Source: Macrostomum lignano
Lineage: Eukaryota
Length of the DNA: 64,000 bases
Assembly: GCA_002269645.1 (NCBI GenBank)
Contig: NIVC01004000.1
Location: forward strand, 1,789-65,788
Direction of reading: 5' to 3'
Notes under the pieces: model-generated
What the model was told of the DNA's origin: nothing
Seen by the model: only the letters and a program-made list of their open reading frames with translations
Databases searched by the model: none
Position numbers and translations under genes: made by a program
Shown here: in pieces, positions 23,934 to 36,499 of the stretch
How the letters are laid out: every line of letters begins with the position of its first letter
Numbering within the stretch: the stretch's first letter is position 1

Positions 23934-26900
23934 ATGACCGAGTGCCACCAGCCTGAGGCGAAAACGGACTATGCCAACGGCTGCCTGCTAGAGCTGGATG
24001 AGCTTCGCGAGCTGGTGAGCCAGTGCGCCAGAAACAATTCAGTAGACGATTTGCAACAATTGCTCAGCCTCAACCGAGCAATGCCCGGCTTCAGCTTGAA
24101 CCTACCCAGCTACTCCAAGAGCTTCTTTGGTTGGACTCCGCTGCACCTGGCTGCTTTCTTTGGCCACTCTGAGGCCTGCCGATTCCTGCTGGAACATGGC
24201 GCCGATGTCGACGCCCCAGCCGACAATGGCGACACTCCTTTGCACAAGGCCAGCTATACTGGCCGGTCGTCCGTGGTTCGAATCCTCCTAGACGCCGGCT
24301 GCGATGTCCGCCTGACAAACTACGCCAATCAGACCCCGTCAGATTTGGCTAAAACGCCTGAGGTTGCCGACATGATTGCTGCCGCTGAGATTCACGCTGG
24401 CAAACAGCTGGAGCAGAGATTGCTAGCGGCTGCTCAGGCTGGTGACTGCGGCACCGCGGACCAACTGCTGGGTAATTGAAAGCCTTAGACATTGAGAATC
24501 TTCACTAAACAGACTTGGGAATTAAGAGAAACCGACTTTACGAATCGTAGGAGCCGCCTCTTAGCAGTTATTCTGATTCCCTGAGTTACCCCTGCGCAGC
24601 ACCTGACTAACCCCTGAGTAACCCAAGAGCAGCACCTGACTAACCCCTGAGTAACCCAAGAGCAGCACTTGACTAACCCCTGAGTAACCCAAGAGCAGCA
24701 CTTGACTAACCCCTGAGCCGCACCTGACCAACCCCTGAGTAACCCTGAGCAGCACCTGACTAACCCCTGAGCAGCACCTGACCAACCCCTGACTAACCCC
24801 TGACTAACCCCTGAGCAGCACCTGACCAACCCCTGACTAACCCCTGAGCAGCACCTGACCAACCCCTGACTAACCCCTGAGCAGCACCTGACCAACCCCT
24901 GACTAACCCCTGAGCAGCTCCTGACTAACTCCTGACCAACCCCTGACTAACCCCTGAGCAGCACCTGACTAACCCCTGAGCAGCACCTGACTAACCCCTG
25001 AGCAGCACCTGACTAACCCCTGAGCAGCACCTGACCAACCCCTGAGCAGCACCTGACCAACCCCTGAGCAGCACCTGACCAACCCCTGACCAACCCCTGA
25101 CTAACCCCTGAGCAGCACCTGACTAACCCCTGACCAACCCTTGACTAACCCCTGAGCAGCACCTGACTAACCCCTGACCAACCCTTGACTAACCCCTGAG
25201 CAGCTCCTGACTAACCCCTGAGCAGGACATGACCAACCCCTGACTAACCCCTGAGCAGCATCTGACCAACCCCTGAGTAACCCCTAAGCAGCATGTAACC
25301 AAGCAGCCTCTGAGCAGCACTTGATCAACTCTTTAGTAGCCTCTGAGCAGTGTCTGAGCAGTGTCTGAGCATATCCATGCCCCCCCTCTCGCGCAGGCCT
25401 GACCTGCCCGCCAGACCTGCACTGCACAGACCGGTACGGCAACACGCCGCTACACCTGGCTGCCAGATCCAACCGCAGCCAATTAGCAGTACAGTTATTA
25501 GAGCGAGGCGCCGATCCGTCTAAACGAAACCTGGCCGGTTGCTGTCCAGCTGATCTGGCTGTCAGCTCAGCGATGCGCCAGCTGCTCGCCTCGGTGCCCA
25601 GCCTACCGTCCCTGCTGCACCGGGACCCGCCCGCGCCTCGGTCCGGTCTGATGCAGAAGAAAGCCGCCTTCTTGTTGCTAGGCTGGCGGACTATACACGT
25701 AGAATTGGACAACGCCGAGCTCAGGTATTATCGGGCGTCAAAATCTGGCGGACAGTACAGAGCAACCCAGAGTCTGGCGTTTCAACGGGCATTGAATGGC
25801 AGCGTGGTGACCAGCACGGATGTGCAAGCCGATTGTCTTGTTGTCTGCTTCAGCAATGGCGCCAGGTATTTATTGCATATGCTTATTATAGTGTATATTG
25901 GCACTACCCTTATCTCTATCTGCCCCTTGTCTCTATCGGCCCCTTATCTCTATCTACCCTTATCTCTATCTACCCTTATCTCTATCTGCCGCTTATATCT
26001 ATCTACCCTAATCTCTATCTGCTCCTTATATCCCTGTCTGCCCCTTATCTCTATATGCTCTTATCTCTATCTAATCTTATCTTTATCTACCCTTATCTCT
26101 ATCTGCCTCTTATCTCTATCTGCCCATTATATCTATCTACCCTTAGCAGAGGAGAGCGGGGAAAAAGACGGGGAAACTGAGTCGCCTCCGAGCTCTTTCC
26201 ACTGAGTTTAGAATTTGAATCGGCATTCAATTTAAAGAATTTCACCGTCTCATTTCGGAGAATCTGGATGTCTCAATTTAATAGAGTATCTCATTATGTC
26301 AATCTGGAGACTCTCAAGACTCAAGTGGAAAGGTAAATATCAATTCTGCAGATCTTTGTCCAGAGAGTCTCAAACCAGAGCAGAAAATCTCAAACCAAAC
26401 CAGAGAATCTCAATCCAGACCAGAGAATCTCAATCCACACCCTCTAGACACACCCTCCGCTGCATGCCGGAGGATGACTCGCCAGTTGCCAGGCAACTGT
26501 GGCTCACCGCTATTCGGCGTCACATCGAATTCGGCGACCGCCGGTTGGCCACCGACATCGAGGCGGCCGGATCTGCTAGCGACAGCAGCGGCGTAGGCGG
26601 CGGTCTGGAAAACGGCGGCGGCGGCGGCTTTGTGCCGATCCGGTCAATGGCCGAGTCCGTCCGGGCCGCCGAGGCGCACCAGCAGATTCTGGTTGATCAG
26701 GTTGGCACTTACAGCTGAGCACTCTGACACAGGCAGTCAATTACAGATGAGCACTCTGACACAGACAGTCAATTACAGCTGAAGCATTCTGACACCGACA
26801 GTCAATTACAGCTCAAGCATTCTGACACAGACAGTCAATTACAGCTCAAGCAGTCTGACACAGACAGTCAATTACAACTGAAACACTCTGACACAGACAG

Positions 26901-29900
26901 TCAATTACAGCTCAAGCATTCTGACACAGACAGTCAATTACAGCTGAAGCATTCTGACACAGACAGTCAATTACAGCTGAAGCATTCTGACACAGACAGT
27001 CAATTACAGCTCAAGCATTCTGACACAGACAGTCAATTACAGCTGAAGCATTCTGACACAGACAGTCAATTACAGCTCAAGCAGTCTGACACAGACAGTC
27101 AATTACAGCTGAAGCACTCTGACACAGACAGTCAATTACAGCTCAAGCATTCTGACACAGACAGTCAATTACAGCTGAAGCATTCTGACACAGACAGTCA
27201 ATTACAGCTCAAGCATTCTGACACAGACAGTCAATTACAGCTGAAGCATTCTGACACAGACAGTCAATTACAGCTCAAGCAGTCTGACACAGACAGTCAA
27301 TTACAGCTGAAGCACTCTGACACAGACAGTCAATTACAGCTCAAGCATTCTGACACAGACAGTCAATTACAGCTGAAGCATTCTGACACAGACAGTCAAT
27401 TACAGCTGAAGCATTCTGACACAGACAGTCAATTACAGCTCAAGCACTCTGACACAGGCAATTACAGCTCAAGTATTCTGACACAGATAGTCAATTACAG
27501 CTCAAGCATTCTGACACAGACAGTCAATTACAGCTGAAGCATTCTGACACAGACAGTCAATTACAGCTGAAGCATTCTGACACAGACAGTCAATTACAGC
27601 TGAAGCACTCTGACACAGACAGTCAATTACAGCTGAAGCATTCTGACACAGACAGTCAATTACAGCTGAAGCATTCTGACACAGACAGTCAATTACAGCT
27701 GAAGCATTCTGACACAGACAGTCAATTACAGCTCAAGCACTCTGACACAGGCAATTACAGCTCAAGTATTCTGACACAGATAGTCAATTACAGCTCAAGC
27801 AGTCTGACACAGACAGTCAATTACAGCTGAGCACTCTGACACAGGCAGTCACTTACAGCTGAGCAGTCTGACACAGACAGTCAATTACAGCTCAAGCAGT
27901 CTGACACAGACAGTCAATTACAGCTCAAGCAGTCTGACACAGACAGTCAATTACAGCTCAAGCAGTCTGACACAGACAGTCAATTACAGCTGAAGAAGTC
28001 TGACACAGACAGTCAATTACAGCTCAAGCAGTCTGACACAGACAGTCAATTACAGCTGAGCACTCTGACACAGACAGTCAATTACAGCTGATGCAGTCTG
28101 ACACAGACAGTCAATTACAGCTCAAGCAGTCTGACACAGGCAGTCAATTACAGCTCAAGCAGTCTGACACAGACAGTCAATTACAGCTGAAGCATTCTGA
28201 CACAGACAGTCAATTACAGCTCAAGCATTCTGACACAGACAGTCAATTACAGCTCAAGCAGTCTGACACAGACAGTCAATTACAGCTGAAGCACTCTGAC
28301 ACAGACAGTCAATTACAGCTCAAGCATTCTGACACAGACAGTCAATTACAGCTGAAGCATTCTGACACAGACAGTCAATTACAGCTCAAGCAGTCTGACA
28401 CAGACAGTCAATTACAGCTGAAGCACTCTGACACAGACAGTCAATTACAGCTGAAGCATTCTGACACAGACAGTCAATTACAGCTGAAGCATTCTGACAC
28501 AGACAGTCAATTACAGCTGAAGCATTCTGACACAGACAGTCAATTACAGCTGAGCACTCTGACACAGGCAGTCAATTACAGCTGATGCAGTCTGACACAG
28601 ACAGTCAATTACAGCTCAAGCAGTCTGACACAGACAGTCAATTACAGCTCAAGCAGTCTGACACAGACAGTCAATTACAGCTGAAGCATTCTGACACAGA
28701 CAGTCAATTACAGCTCAAGCATTCTGACACAGACAGTCAATTACAGCTCAAGCAGTCTGACACAGACAGTCAATTACAGCTGAAGCACTCTGACACAGAC
28801 AGTCAATTACAGCTCAAGCATTCTGACACAGACAGTCAATTACAGCTGAAGCATTCTGACACAGACAGTCAATTATAGCTCAAGCAGTCTGACACAGACA
28901 GTCAATTACAGCTGAAGCACTCTGACACAGACAGTCAATTACAGCTGAAGCATTCTGACACAGACAGTCAATTACAGCTGAAGCATTCTGACACAGACAG
29001 TCAATTACAGCTGAAGCATTCTGACACAGACAGTCAATTACAGCTCAAACACTCTGACACAGGCAATTACAGCTCAAGTATTCTGACACAGATAGTCAAT
29101 TACAGCTCAAGCAGTCTGACACAGACAGTCAATTACAGCTGAGCACTCTGACACAGGCAGTCAATTACAGCTGAGCAGTCTGACACAGACAGTCAATTAC
29201 AGCTCAAGCAGTCTGACACAGACAGTCAATTACAGCTGAGCACTCTGACACAGGCAGTCAATTACAGCTCAAGCAGTCTGACACAGACAGTCAATTACAG
29301 CTCAAGCAGTCTGACACAGACAGTCAATTACAGCTCAAGCAGTCTGACACAGACAGTCAATTACAGCTGAAGAAGTCTGACACAGACAGTCAATTACAGC
29401 TCAAGCATTCTGACACAGACAGTCAATTACAGCTGAGCACTCTGACACAGGCAGTCAATTACAGCTCAAGCAGTCTGACACAGACAGTCAATTACAGCTC
29501 AAGCAGTCTGACACAGGCAGTCAATTACAGCTCAAGCAGTCTGACACAGACAGTCAATTACAGCTCAAGCAGTCTGACACAGACAGTCAATTACAGCTGA
29601 AGCATTCTGACACAGACAGTCAATTACAGCTGAAGCAGTCTGACACAGACAGTCAATTACAGCTGAAGCATTCTGACACAGACAGTCAATTACAGCTGAG
29701 CACTCTGACACAGGCAGTCAATTACAGCTGAAGCATTCTGACACAGGCAGTCAATTACAGCTGAAGCATTCTGACACAGGCAGTCAATTACAGCTCAAGC
29801 AGTCTGACACAGACAGTCAATTACAGCTCAAGCATTCTGACACCATAGCAAACATTTCCTGTACTTCATTAACTCAGTTTAAGTTAAATTTTTTTACGTT

Positions 29901-30434
29901 TAAGTTAGAATCTATTTCAGAATCTTTTAAAAGCGAAAACCCTGCTCAAACTCCCAGGTGGCCGCTGTTGAGTCTTTACTCCGCCTCATCGAACAGCCGC
30001 AGTCTCCAAGCGACGCCAGCCGCTGCCTGTCCGCTGTACAGCCGAAGCTTCGAGCCTTGTCCAAAAGCTCAGCGGAGGTGGCTGGCGCTCTGTCCAGCTG
30101 CCTGGCGCAGATCACCCAGCAGGAGGAGCTGCGCCGATCCCGCCTGCACCAGCTCACCGTCAAATGCCGCTTCTTGGAGGACTCGCTCAGCGCGCTGGCC
30201 GAGCGCGGCGACCACTCCGTTGAAGAGTCGGTGCTGCGCACCTTCACCCAGAGCGAACGGATTCTGCCTGGAGCCGCGTCAGCGTCCGAGCACTACGAAG
30301 ATGAGACCTTTGCCGACTGTCTGTCATCTAATGACGGCGACTGCGCATCCGCCCGGGCCGCCAGCGCCGCCGCCTCTTCTGTTGACTTCTATTCGCCATC
30401 GCCCAGTCCGCCTGCTTCGCCTCCGGCCTCTTGA
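23934..30434 (+). CDS. OSBPL1A: OSBPL1A/ORP1L-like protein: ankyrin repeats, PH domain, coiled coil and FFAT-like motif; no ORD found
   Basis: Exons 23934-24471, 25397-25865, 26448-26700, 29958-30434 in phase. SKSFFGWTPLHLAAFFGH, GDTPLHKASYTGR, QLEQRLLAAAQAG, GNTPLHLAA and PH-like LLGWRTIHVELDNAELRYYR..RQLWLTAIRRH follow the ORP1L N-terminal order; EDETFADCLS is FFAT-like. Confidence 0.85.
24580..25290. repeat. Composite 12/22-bp minisatellite CAGCACCTGACTAACCCCTGAG (intron 1)
   Basis: Read directly. Confidence 0.95.
25905..26142. repeat. Degenerate ~16-bp repeat TATCTCTATCTACCCT (intron 2)
   Basis: Read directly. Confidence 0.85.
26715..29842. repeat. 33-bp satellite CTGACACAGACAGTCAATTACAGCTSAAGCAKT, 3.1 kb (intron 3)
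   Basis: About 95 copies with 32-bp variants; explains the QSDTDSQLQLK ORFs. Confidence 0.97.
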
Positions 30435-30461
30435 TTGTTGCTATGAAGATTCTGTTTCTTT

Positions 30462-31627
30462 GACCCTATTCTATCCTGATCCCATTCTATCCTGATCCCA
30501 TTCTATCCTGATCCTATTCTATCCTGATCCCATTCTATCCTGATCCTATTCTATCCTGATCCCATTCTATCCTGATCCTATTCTATCCTGATCCCATTCT
30601 ATCCTGATCTCATTGTATCCTGATCCTATTCTATCCTGATCCCACTCTATCCTGATCCCATTCTATCCTGATCCCATTCTATCCTGATCCCATTCTATCC
30701 TGATCCCATTCTATCCTGATCCCATTCTATCCTGATCCCATTCTATCCTGATCCCATTCTATCCTGATCCCATTCTATCCTGATCCCATTCTATTCTAAC
30801 CCCATTTCTATCCGGATCCCATTCTATCCTGATCCCATTCTATTCTGATCCCATTCTATCCTGATCCCATTCTATCCGGATCCCATTCTATCCTGATCCT
30901 ATTCTATCCTGATCCCATTATATCCTGATCCCATTATATCCTGATCCCATTCTATCCTGATCCCATTCTATTCTAACCCCATTTCTATCCGGATCCCATT
31001 CTATCCTGATCCCATTCTATCCTGATCCCATTCTATCCTGATCCCATTCTATCCTGATCCCATTTTATCCTGATCCCATTCTATCCTGATCCCATTCTAT
31101 CCTGATCCCATTCTATCCTGATCCCATTCTATTCTAACCCCATTTCTATCCTGATCCCATTCTATTCTAACCCCATTTCTATCCGGATCCCATTCTATTC
31201 TGATCCCATTCTATCCTGATCCCATTCTATCCTGATCCCATTCTACCCTGATCCCATTCTATCCTGATCCCATTCTATTCTAACCCCATTTCTATCCGGA
31301 TCCCATTCTATTCTGATCCCATTCTATCCTGATCCCATTCTATCCTGATCCCATTCTATCCTGATTCCATTCTATTCTAACCCCATTTCTATCCTGATCC
31401 CATTCTATCCTGATCCCATTCTATCCTGATCCCATTCTATCCCGATCCCATTGTATCCTGATCCCATTCTATCCTGATCCCATTCTATCCTGATCCCATT
31501 CTATCCTGATCTCATTGTATCCTGATCCTAAACTATCCTGATCCTTATTCTATCCTGATCATATTCTATCCTGCTCCCATTCTATCCGGATCCCATTCTA
31601 TCCTGATCCCATTCTATCCATATCCCA
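30462..31627. repeat. 16-bp satellite CCCATTCTATCCTGAT
   Basis: About 70 copies immediately after the OSBPL1A-like stop codon. Confidence 0.97.
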
Positions 31628-32342
31628 GTAAATGTCAAGCTGACTCAAGCACAACGATAGCCGGTGTTCACAAGGATGCGCTTGTACGGCTCTCCAAGTT
31701 CTTATTCCAGTTTAACTTGTCCTAAATTTGTCAACCCAGAAGTCAGTAATTATATTTATATATTTATTAGGCCCCAGCCTATAAATTAAATATTTGGTAT
31801 TCGATGAGTTCTTGGGAACTACTTTATTATTGCTCACAATAGACCAAACTGTTCAAATATGTGTACAATTAGTTTATGTTCATAATAAATAATCAGATAT
31901 ATTTAATAGTTTGTCATCCACAGCACGGTATTGAATATCAAAGCTGAGCCTTGTGCTAAATGCCGAATAGATTGATGTACACAAAAAAGCGTTTTTTTCG
32001 GGCTATCTGTGTGTGTCTTTGTCAACCAATAATACCGATCTATCATCATATCATCAACTGTACAAATGTTTTATTGCATTGTCTTGCAGTTTGCTGCCAA
32101 AATTATTTAATTGTTATTGTCATTGAAACACGAAATTGTAATATAAATTTTATCAATTATGAGTCATCAGTCATGCGATCTAAAAATAGTCTTGACACGA
32201 TTTTCAGGTGATAATTGTTTGTGTTCCACTAATCCAATACCGGAATTTATGCTTTCAACTAGTCTGTAATCTGTTAAATAAGATGGTTAACTGATTTTAC
32301 AGTTCTGATTTTATTTACTGTTTTCTTTGTTGCACTTTTATT

Positions 32343-32682
32343 TCACTGATGGAATTCACTGACATCCACTTTATGACTGATGGAACTCACTGACATCCAC
32401 TTTATGACTGATAGAACTCACTGACATCCCCTTTATGACTGATGGAATTCACTGACATCCCCTTTATGACTGATGGAATTCACTGACATCCCCTCTATGA
32501 CTGATGGAACTCACTGACATCCCCTTTATGACTGATGGAATTCACTGACACCCACCCCTCTATGACTGATTGAACTCGCTGACCCCCCCCTCTCTATGAC
32601 TGCTTGAACTCGCTGACCCCCCTCTATGACTGATTGAACTCGCTGACCCCCCCTCTATGACTGATTGAACTCGCTGACCCGC
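32343..32682. repeat. 31-bp minisatellite ATGACTGATGGAATTCACTGACATCCCCTYT
   Basis: About 11 copies, drifting in sequence and ending at the acceptor-like CCCGCAG before ZNRD2. Confidence 0.92.
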
Positions 32683-32696
32683 AGCCCGGCAGCAGC

Positions 32697-33278
32697 ATGG
32701 ATTTTCGCAGTCTACTCCGCGAACAAGCAGCCGCATCTTCATCATCAACTGCCGACAATGGCGACGCCAGCTTCGATGCCGAGTGGCGCCCGCCAACCGA
32801 GGCGGAGCAGAAAGTTTTGAAAGCTCGCCGCGAGCGCTCGGACAAGATCGCCAAACGGATGGGCGAGTACCTGCTCAAAGGCTGGAAAATGCTGGACCAC
32901 GTGTGCCCCGACTGCGGCACCATCCTCATGGAGGTGAGCAACGGCGGTGGCAACTATTGCATCGCCTGTCGCGAGCTCGAGTCCGACGTTAGCAAAGACG
33001 ACCCGGCTCAGTCGGAGTCGGCCGCCCGAGTCCACGCCAGAGAGGCCGCCGCAGCCGCCGCCTCCGTTGCCAGCTCGCAGGCGTCATCGCGCAGCCAAAC
33101 ACAGGCTGCCGCTGGCAAGGACCGAGTCTGTGTTGAAGAGAGACTGCGGGCGGCCACTCTTGACCGGATTGATTACTATCAGGCTCGCCTGCTGGAAAGT
33201 TCGGACTGCGCCAAGACTGATGCCATTGTGAGCACACTGGACCGGCTGCTCGGCCTTCTGAACAGCCTGTCGAAATAA
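32697..33278 (+). CDS. ZNRD2: Zinc-ribbon protein ZNRD2/SSSCA1 (Sjogren/scleroderma autoantigen 1), intronless CDS
   Basis: WRPPTEAEQKVLKARRERSDKIAKRMGEYLLKGWKMLDHVCPDCGTILM..YCIAC.ELESDVSKDDP is the family signature with two CxxC pairs. Confidence 0.95.
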   Translation: MDFRSLLREQAAASSSSTADNGDASFDAEWRPPTEAEQKVLKARRERSDKIAKRMGEYLLKGWKMLDHVCPDCGTILMEVSNGGGNYCIACRELESDVSKDDPAQSESAARVHAREAAAAAASVASSQASSRSQTQAAAGKDRVCVEERLRAATLDRIDYYQARLLESSDCAKTDAIVSTLDRLLGLLNSLSK

Positions 33279-33944
33279 TTGGAGACTCAATCACTCCTCA
33301 ATGTTACTCGCTAGGATTGAGATTGGTCAGAGGGTTCATAGACTTGAGGGCCAGCCGGCAGTGAGTGGGTGTACATGTTTAAAGAGGGGGGGGTGTTTTT
33401 TCTTACAAAGTTAGTCTTCTAAATAACTGGCGACGAAGCACCACCGATGTTCATGTCATCTGGCCAATATTTTGTGCAAAAATATAATTTGCTAATTCAA
33501 TTTGAGTTCACGACTGAGTCATCGCTGAATAAATTCACAATATGCTTTTTTGTATCCGCTGTACTCTGTAAGTGTGTTCTCTTGAACTGGTTTTATTGGA
33601 TTGACTTGGGAATGTTTGAAATATTTGTACTGTGTTGTAATATCATAGTAAATTTCGAGGTAGCTAAAATATAAAAGTTAATATTCTGATTGCATTTATT
33701 GCGATTGTGCTGCATCAGTTTGTTAACCAAATTTGCTTACTTCTTATTTCAAGCTTATTTTCTTTTGATGTATAATAACCTACTGAACCGAGGAACCGAG
33801 GTACGCAGTCACGCACTCACACACCCGCTCCACGGGGTGTACAGCGGGCCCTTTGTTGACTTTCTAATCGTATTGGCCTTCATTGGTACTACGGCCACTT
33901 AACGACTTAAGTAGCTAATAACTAGACTCAATATTCATGCGCTC

Positions 33945-34795
33945 TGCAAGATGCAATAAGACTGATGTGTAAGATGCAATAAGACTAATGTGTAAGATGC
34001 AATAAGACTAATGTGTAAGATGCAATAAGACTAATGTGTAAGATGCAATAAGACTAATGTGTAAGATGCAGTAAGACTAATGTGTAAGATGCAATAAGAC
34101 TAATGTGTAAGATGCAATAAGACTGATGTGTAAGATGCAGTAAGACTGATGTGTAAGATGCAATAAGACTAATGTGTAAGATGCAGTAAGACTAATGTGT
34201 AAGATGCAGTAAGACTAATGTGTAAGATGCAATAAGACTAATGTGTAAGATGCAATAAGACTGATGTGTAAGATGCAATAAGACTGATGTGCAAGATGCA
34301 ATAAGACTGATGTGCAAGATGCAATAAGACTAATGTGTAAGATGCAATAAGACTAATGTGTAAGATGCAATAAGACTAATGTGTAAGATGCAATAAGACT
34401 GATGTGCAAGATGCAATAAGACTAATGTGTAAGATGCAATAAGACTAATGTGTAAGATGCAATAAGACTAATGTGCAAGATGCAATAAGACTGATGTGCA
34501 AGATGCAATAAGACTAATGTGTAAGATACAATAAGACTAATGTGTAAGATGCAATAAGACTAATGTGTAAGATGCAATAAGACTAATGTGTAAGATGCAA
34601 TAAGACTAATGTGTAAGATGCAATAAGACTAATGTGTAAGATGCAATAAGACTAATGTGTAAGATGCAATAAGACTAATGTGTAAGATACAGTAAGACTA
34701 ATGTGTAAGATGCAATAAGACTAATGTGCAAGATACAATAAGACTAATGTGTAAGATGCAATAAGACTAATGTGCAAGATGTGATAAGACTAATC
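33945..34795. repeat. 23-bp satellite AAGATGCAATAAGACTAATGTGT
   Basis: About 37 copies. Confidence 0.97.
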
Positions 34796-35243
34796 TCGAG
34801 CGCTTGTTAGCCTGGCCTGTTCGCAAGTTCCAAATAATTTTTCATTGCTCGCATCCGGCAAGACTTTGCGAGTCCAGTTTGTGCTTAAAAATGAAACCGA
34901 CCTCCAAGTGGTCCTGCTATCCTGACTAGTTCGTGTACAGCTTTATTTTTAGCGGTTTGTATTGGTTTATTTGTTTAAAGAGTTACAGTACGAATTTCTC
35001 GGAAACTTTGGGAAGATTCAAAATAATTGCCTGCTAACTATAGTGTGTTTGAATAAAAATGTTACAGTGTTAAAGGGTTCAAGCTTTGGTAAGATGCTCT
35101 AACAGGCTTTGTTAAACTAAAAAAACTCTTCCATCTCTTATTCTGTCAGAGGAAATGAGCTGCATTTACAAATGGAAATTACATTTGCCCGTCGCGGGTG
35201 CTCTGTCGGTTTGTCACTAAGCGGACGCCGCCAATCAAAGGTC

Positions 35244-35752
35244 TCATATGACAAGCTGGGTGCCTGTTACCTCCGCGTCGACACCGTATATTTTCTGAGC
35301 CCCGCTCTTTTTGCGCTTCTTCATCAGAGCAATCTGGTATGATCGCTGGGCCGCGACCAAGTTTAGAATCTTCTCTTTGCGCTCCTTCATTTTCGCTTTT
35401 GCCTCCTTCAATTCCTTCTTGTATTGCTCTTCTTTCTTCTTTTGTTCGGCTCTTCGCCGCAACCTCTCGGCGTTGTCACGCTCGCGCTGTTCTTGCGCCA
35501 GCCGCTGTTCTAGCTCATAGTTTGCTTCAACATTCTGCTGAACTGTGGGGCGGGTTCAATGACTGCATCGAATCAGGTCCTACAGATCGCTACTTTTAAT
35601 ATGCTGGTCCAATAATAACATAATAGTAACGGCGGCACAACTTTGACTCACTCACCCTGCTGCACAGGAGCCGGTTTTTTGCATCCTTCGCTGTATTGTA
35701 CAAAAACCGCGAACAAGATTGCAGGCAATGCTAGGTATCTGAAAAATGCCAT
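35244..35752 (-). CDS. P1: secreted charged-helix protein, 131 aa, uncharacterised
   Basis: Exon 1 35752-35656 MAFFRYLALPAILFAVFVQYSEG|CKKPAPVQQ, donor gtgagt (phase 1); exon 2 35542-35244 (V)QQNVEANYELEQRL..EEQYKKELKEAKAKMKERKEKIL..KKRKKSGAQKIYGVDAEVTGTQLVI; paralog of P2. Exact acceptor is less certain. Confidence 0.8.
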
Positions 35753-36499
35753 TACTTGTTGGCATCCGAAAGGAGCGTTGCCGATAAGATAGATGGGCTT
35801 AGCCTCGCAGCTTTACTTTCCTAGTAAACTACACTTTGACAGCTCGCCCTAGAGTATAGTCTATGGCCTTCTCACTCAGGCTTCAGTGCGCGCGTAAAAT
35901 TCCACTTATTTACTTTTTGTTTCTGGGTAAAAAGATGCAGGGAACCGCGCGGGTGAAGAGTGATTGGAATTCGTCATTCACTCAGCTACATGTTAAAGCC
36001 AACAAATGGCAGCTTGAATCCAACTCGATCTAGCAGCCAAAACACTTTCTCACTCTCAACCACTCGATTGCAAACTAATTGTGACCTATTTAAGCGTGTC
36101 TAAAATAACTACAAAATGAAACTAAGGGAAGAATTTATAGTCTAGATTAATAAGCTGAGAACTCACAACTCGTCAGGTACCAACATCAGGGTTGACATGA
36201 CTACGACGTATCTTCTCCGACCCATCCCATTGGTTCTTCCTCTTCAACCATCATCGGTCTGGCCATCTTCGGTCAACGAGGTAGTTAAAAACTTTGAAAA
36301 ACTGCAACAGAAACCAAGATACCGCACACTGCCCGCATTCACACAGTGCACTGAAATTTACAGTCTCCTGCAGTGGCTCCAAATAAGTTTAAATCTCTAA
36401 ATCTATAACGCTGGCACAGGGGGTCAGTGACGCTGGCACAGGGGGGTCAGTGAAGCACCTGCTGGTGGAAAACAGCTGAGTCCATCCTAGCTGCAGACA

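Noticed and set aside
24580-25290. Interstitial telomeric repeat (CTAACCC)
   Set aside because: No tandem (CCCTAA)n; the hexamer-like motif is embedded in longer units.
28091-28878. QSDTDSQLQLK repeat ORFs
   Set aside because: By-product of a 33-bp unit inside an intron whose flanking exons join in phase without it.
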